Source of the DNA: an uncultured Thermoanaerobaculia bacterium
GTDB taxonomy: Bacteria; Acidobacteriota; Thermoanaerobaculia; Multivoradales; JAGPDF01
Assembly: GCA_964476605.1 (NCBI GenBank)
Contig: CAYZBH010000003.1
Span: 36,849 to 100,848, forward strand
DNA: 64,000 nucleotides
Direction of reading: 5' to 3'
Part shown: piece by piece, positions 63,426 to 64,000 of the stretch
Layout: each line of letters starts with the position of its first letter
How positions within the stretch are numbered: position 1 is the stretch's first letter
Notes under the pieces: generated by a model
The model's database searches: none
Told to the model about the DNA's origin: nothing
Seen by the model: the letters and a program-made list of their open reading frames with translations, nothing else
Program-made: the position numbers and the translations under genes

Positions 63426-64000
63426 CGCGCGCTCCTCCCCCGGCCGCCGGCGGACGCCGGCGCGTACTCGGGATAGCGGCGGAGCAGCTGCTCGCGCAGC
63501 ACCTTGCGAGCGTTGAACAGATGATTGCGGACGGTCGACTCCTCGCAGCCGGCGATCTCCGCGACCTCCTGCGACGAGAGACCCTCCATCTCGCGCAGCA
63601 CGAAGACGAGCCGCTGCTTGTCGGTCAAATCGCAGGCGAGCTCGCGGAAGATCCGTTCCACTTCGCCCCCCTTGAGCTCGGCCAAGGCCCCGCTCTCCAC
63701 GCTCTCGGCACGCTGCACGAGGTGGAATCGCACCGGCTCGGCCGCTTGGTCGCGGCTCCGTCGGGAGCGCCAGTGATCGATCGCCAGATTGGTCGCGATC
63801 CGGTAGATCCAGGTGTTGGGGCTCCACCGAGGGTCGTACTTGCCCCGGTTCTCCCAGAGGCGAAAGAGCGCCACCTGCACGACGTCGCGCGCCTCCTCGG
63901 CGTCGGCCACGATGCGCCCGACGACCTGCAGGAGCCCGCGCGTCTTGCGCGACACGAGCTCGGCCAGCGCGAGCTCGTCGTCGGCGGCGAGCCGTTCGAG
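63422..64000 (-). CDS. ECF sigma factor (5' end beyond the window)
   Basis: Frame stays open to 64000 (LERLAADDELALAELV). EEARDVVQ, WIYRIATNLAID, FVLREMEGLSSQEVA, STVRNHLFNARK. Confidence 0.93.
   Translation of the reverse strand, partial: LERLAADDELALAELVSRKTRGLLQVVGRIVADAEEARDVVQVALFRLWENRGKYDPRWSPNTWIYRIATNLAIDHWRSRRSRDQAAEPVRFHLVQRAESVESGALAELKGGEVERIFRELACDLTDKQRLVFVLREMEGLSSQEVAEIAGCEESTVRNHLFNARKVLREQLLRRYPEYAPASAGGRGRSAR

Overview
A gene-dense, very GC-rich bacterial chromosomal window. Gene content and protein families suggest Acidobacteriota, possibly Thermoanaerobaculia (inference only). I support about 65 CDSs. Housekeeping genes: argS, hppA, a fused 2-oxoacid dehydrogenase E1, feoAB, gltA, acnA, queDE, pdxH, nth, dut. 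Three ECF sigma/anti-sigma modules head, respectively, an ABC exporter operon, a DUF4097-like pair, and a complete T2SS/T4P-like operon. There is also a MacA/MacB-like efflux operon. I found no rRNA, tRNA, CRISPR array, transposase or prophage. Top candidates for new biology: (1) a tightly packed minus-strand run (Ser/Thr kinase, GT-C-like membrane protein, E1 alpha/beta, divergent Lgt-like protein, small Cys/lipobox membrane protein, tetraether-synthase-like radical SAM enzyme) that may be an undescribed lipid or lipoprotein cross-linking system; (2) a collapsed type III restriction-modification-like locus, with res and mod reduced to stubs not resolved by the ORF track, around an intact rhuM; (3) a plus-strand intrinsic terminator between two minus-strand genes, suggesting an unannotated sRNA. 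Family assignments come from motif recognition and recall, not from database searches.
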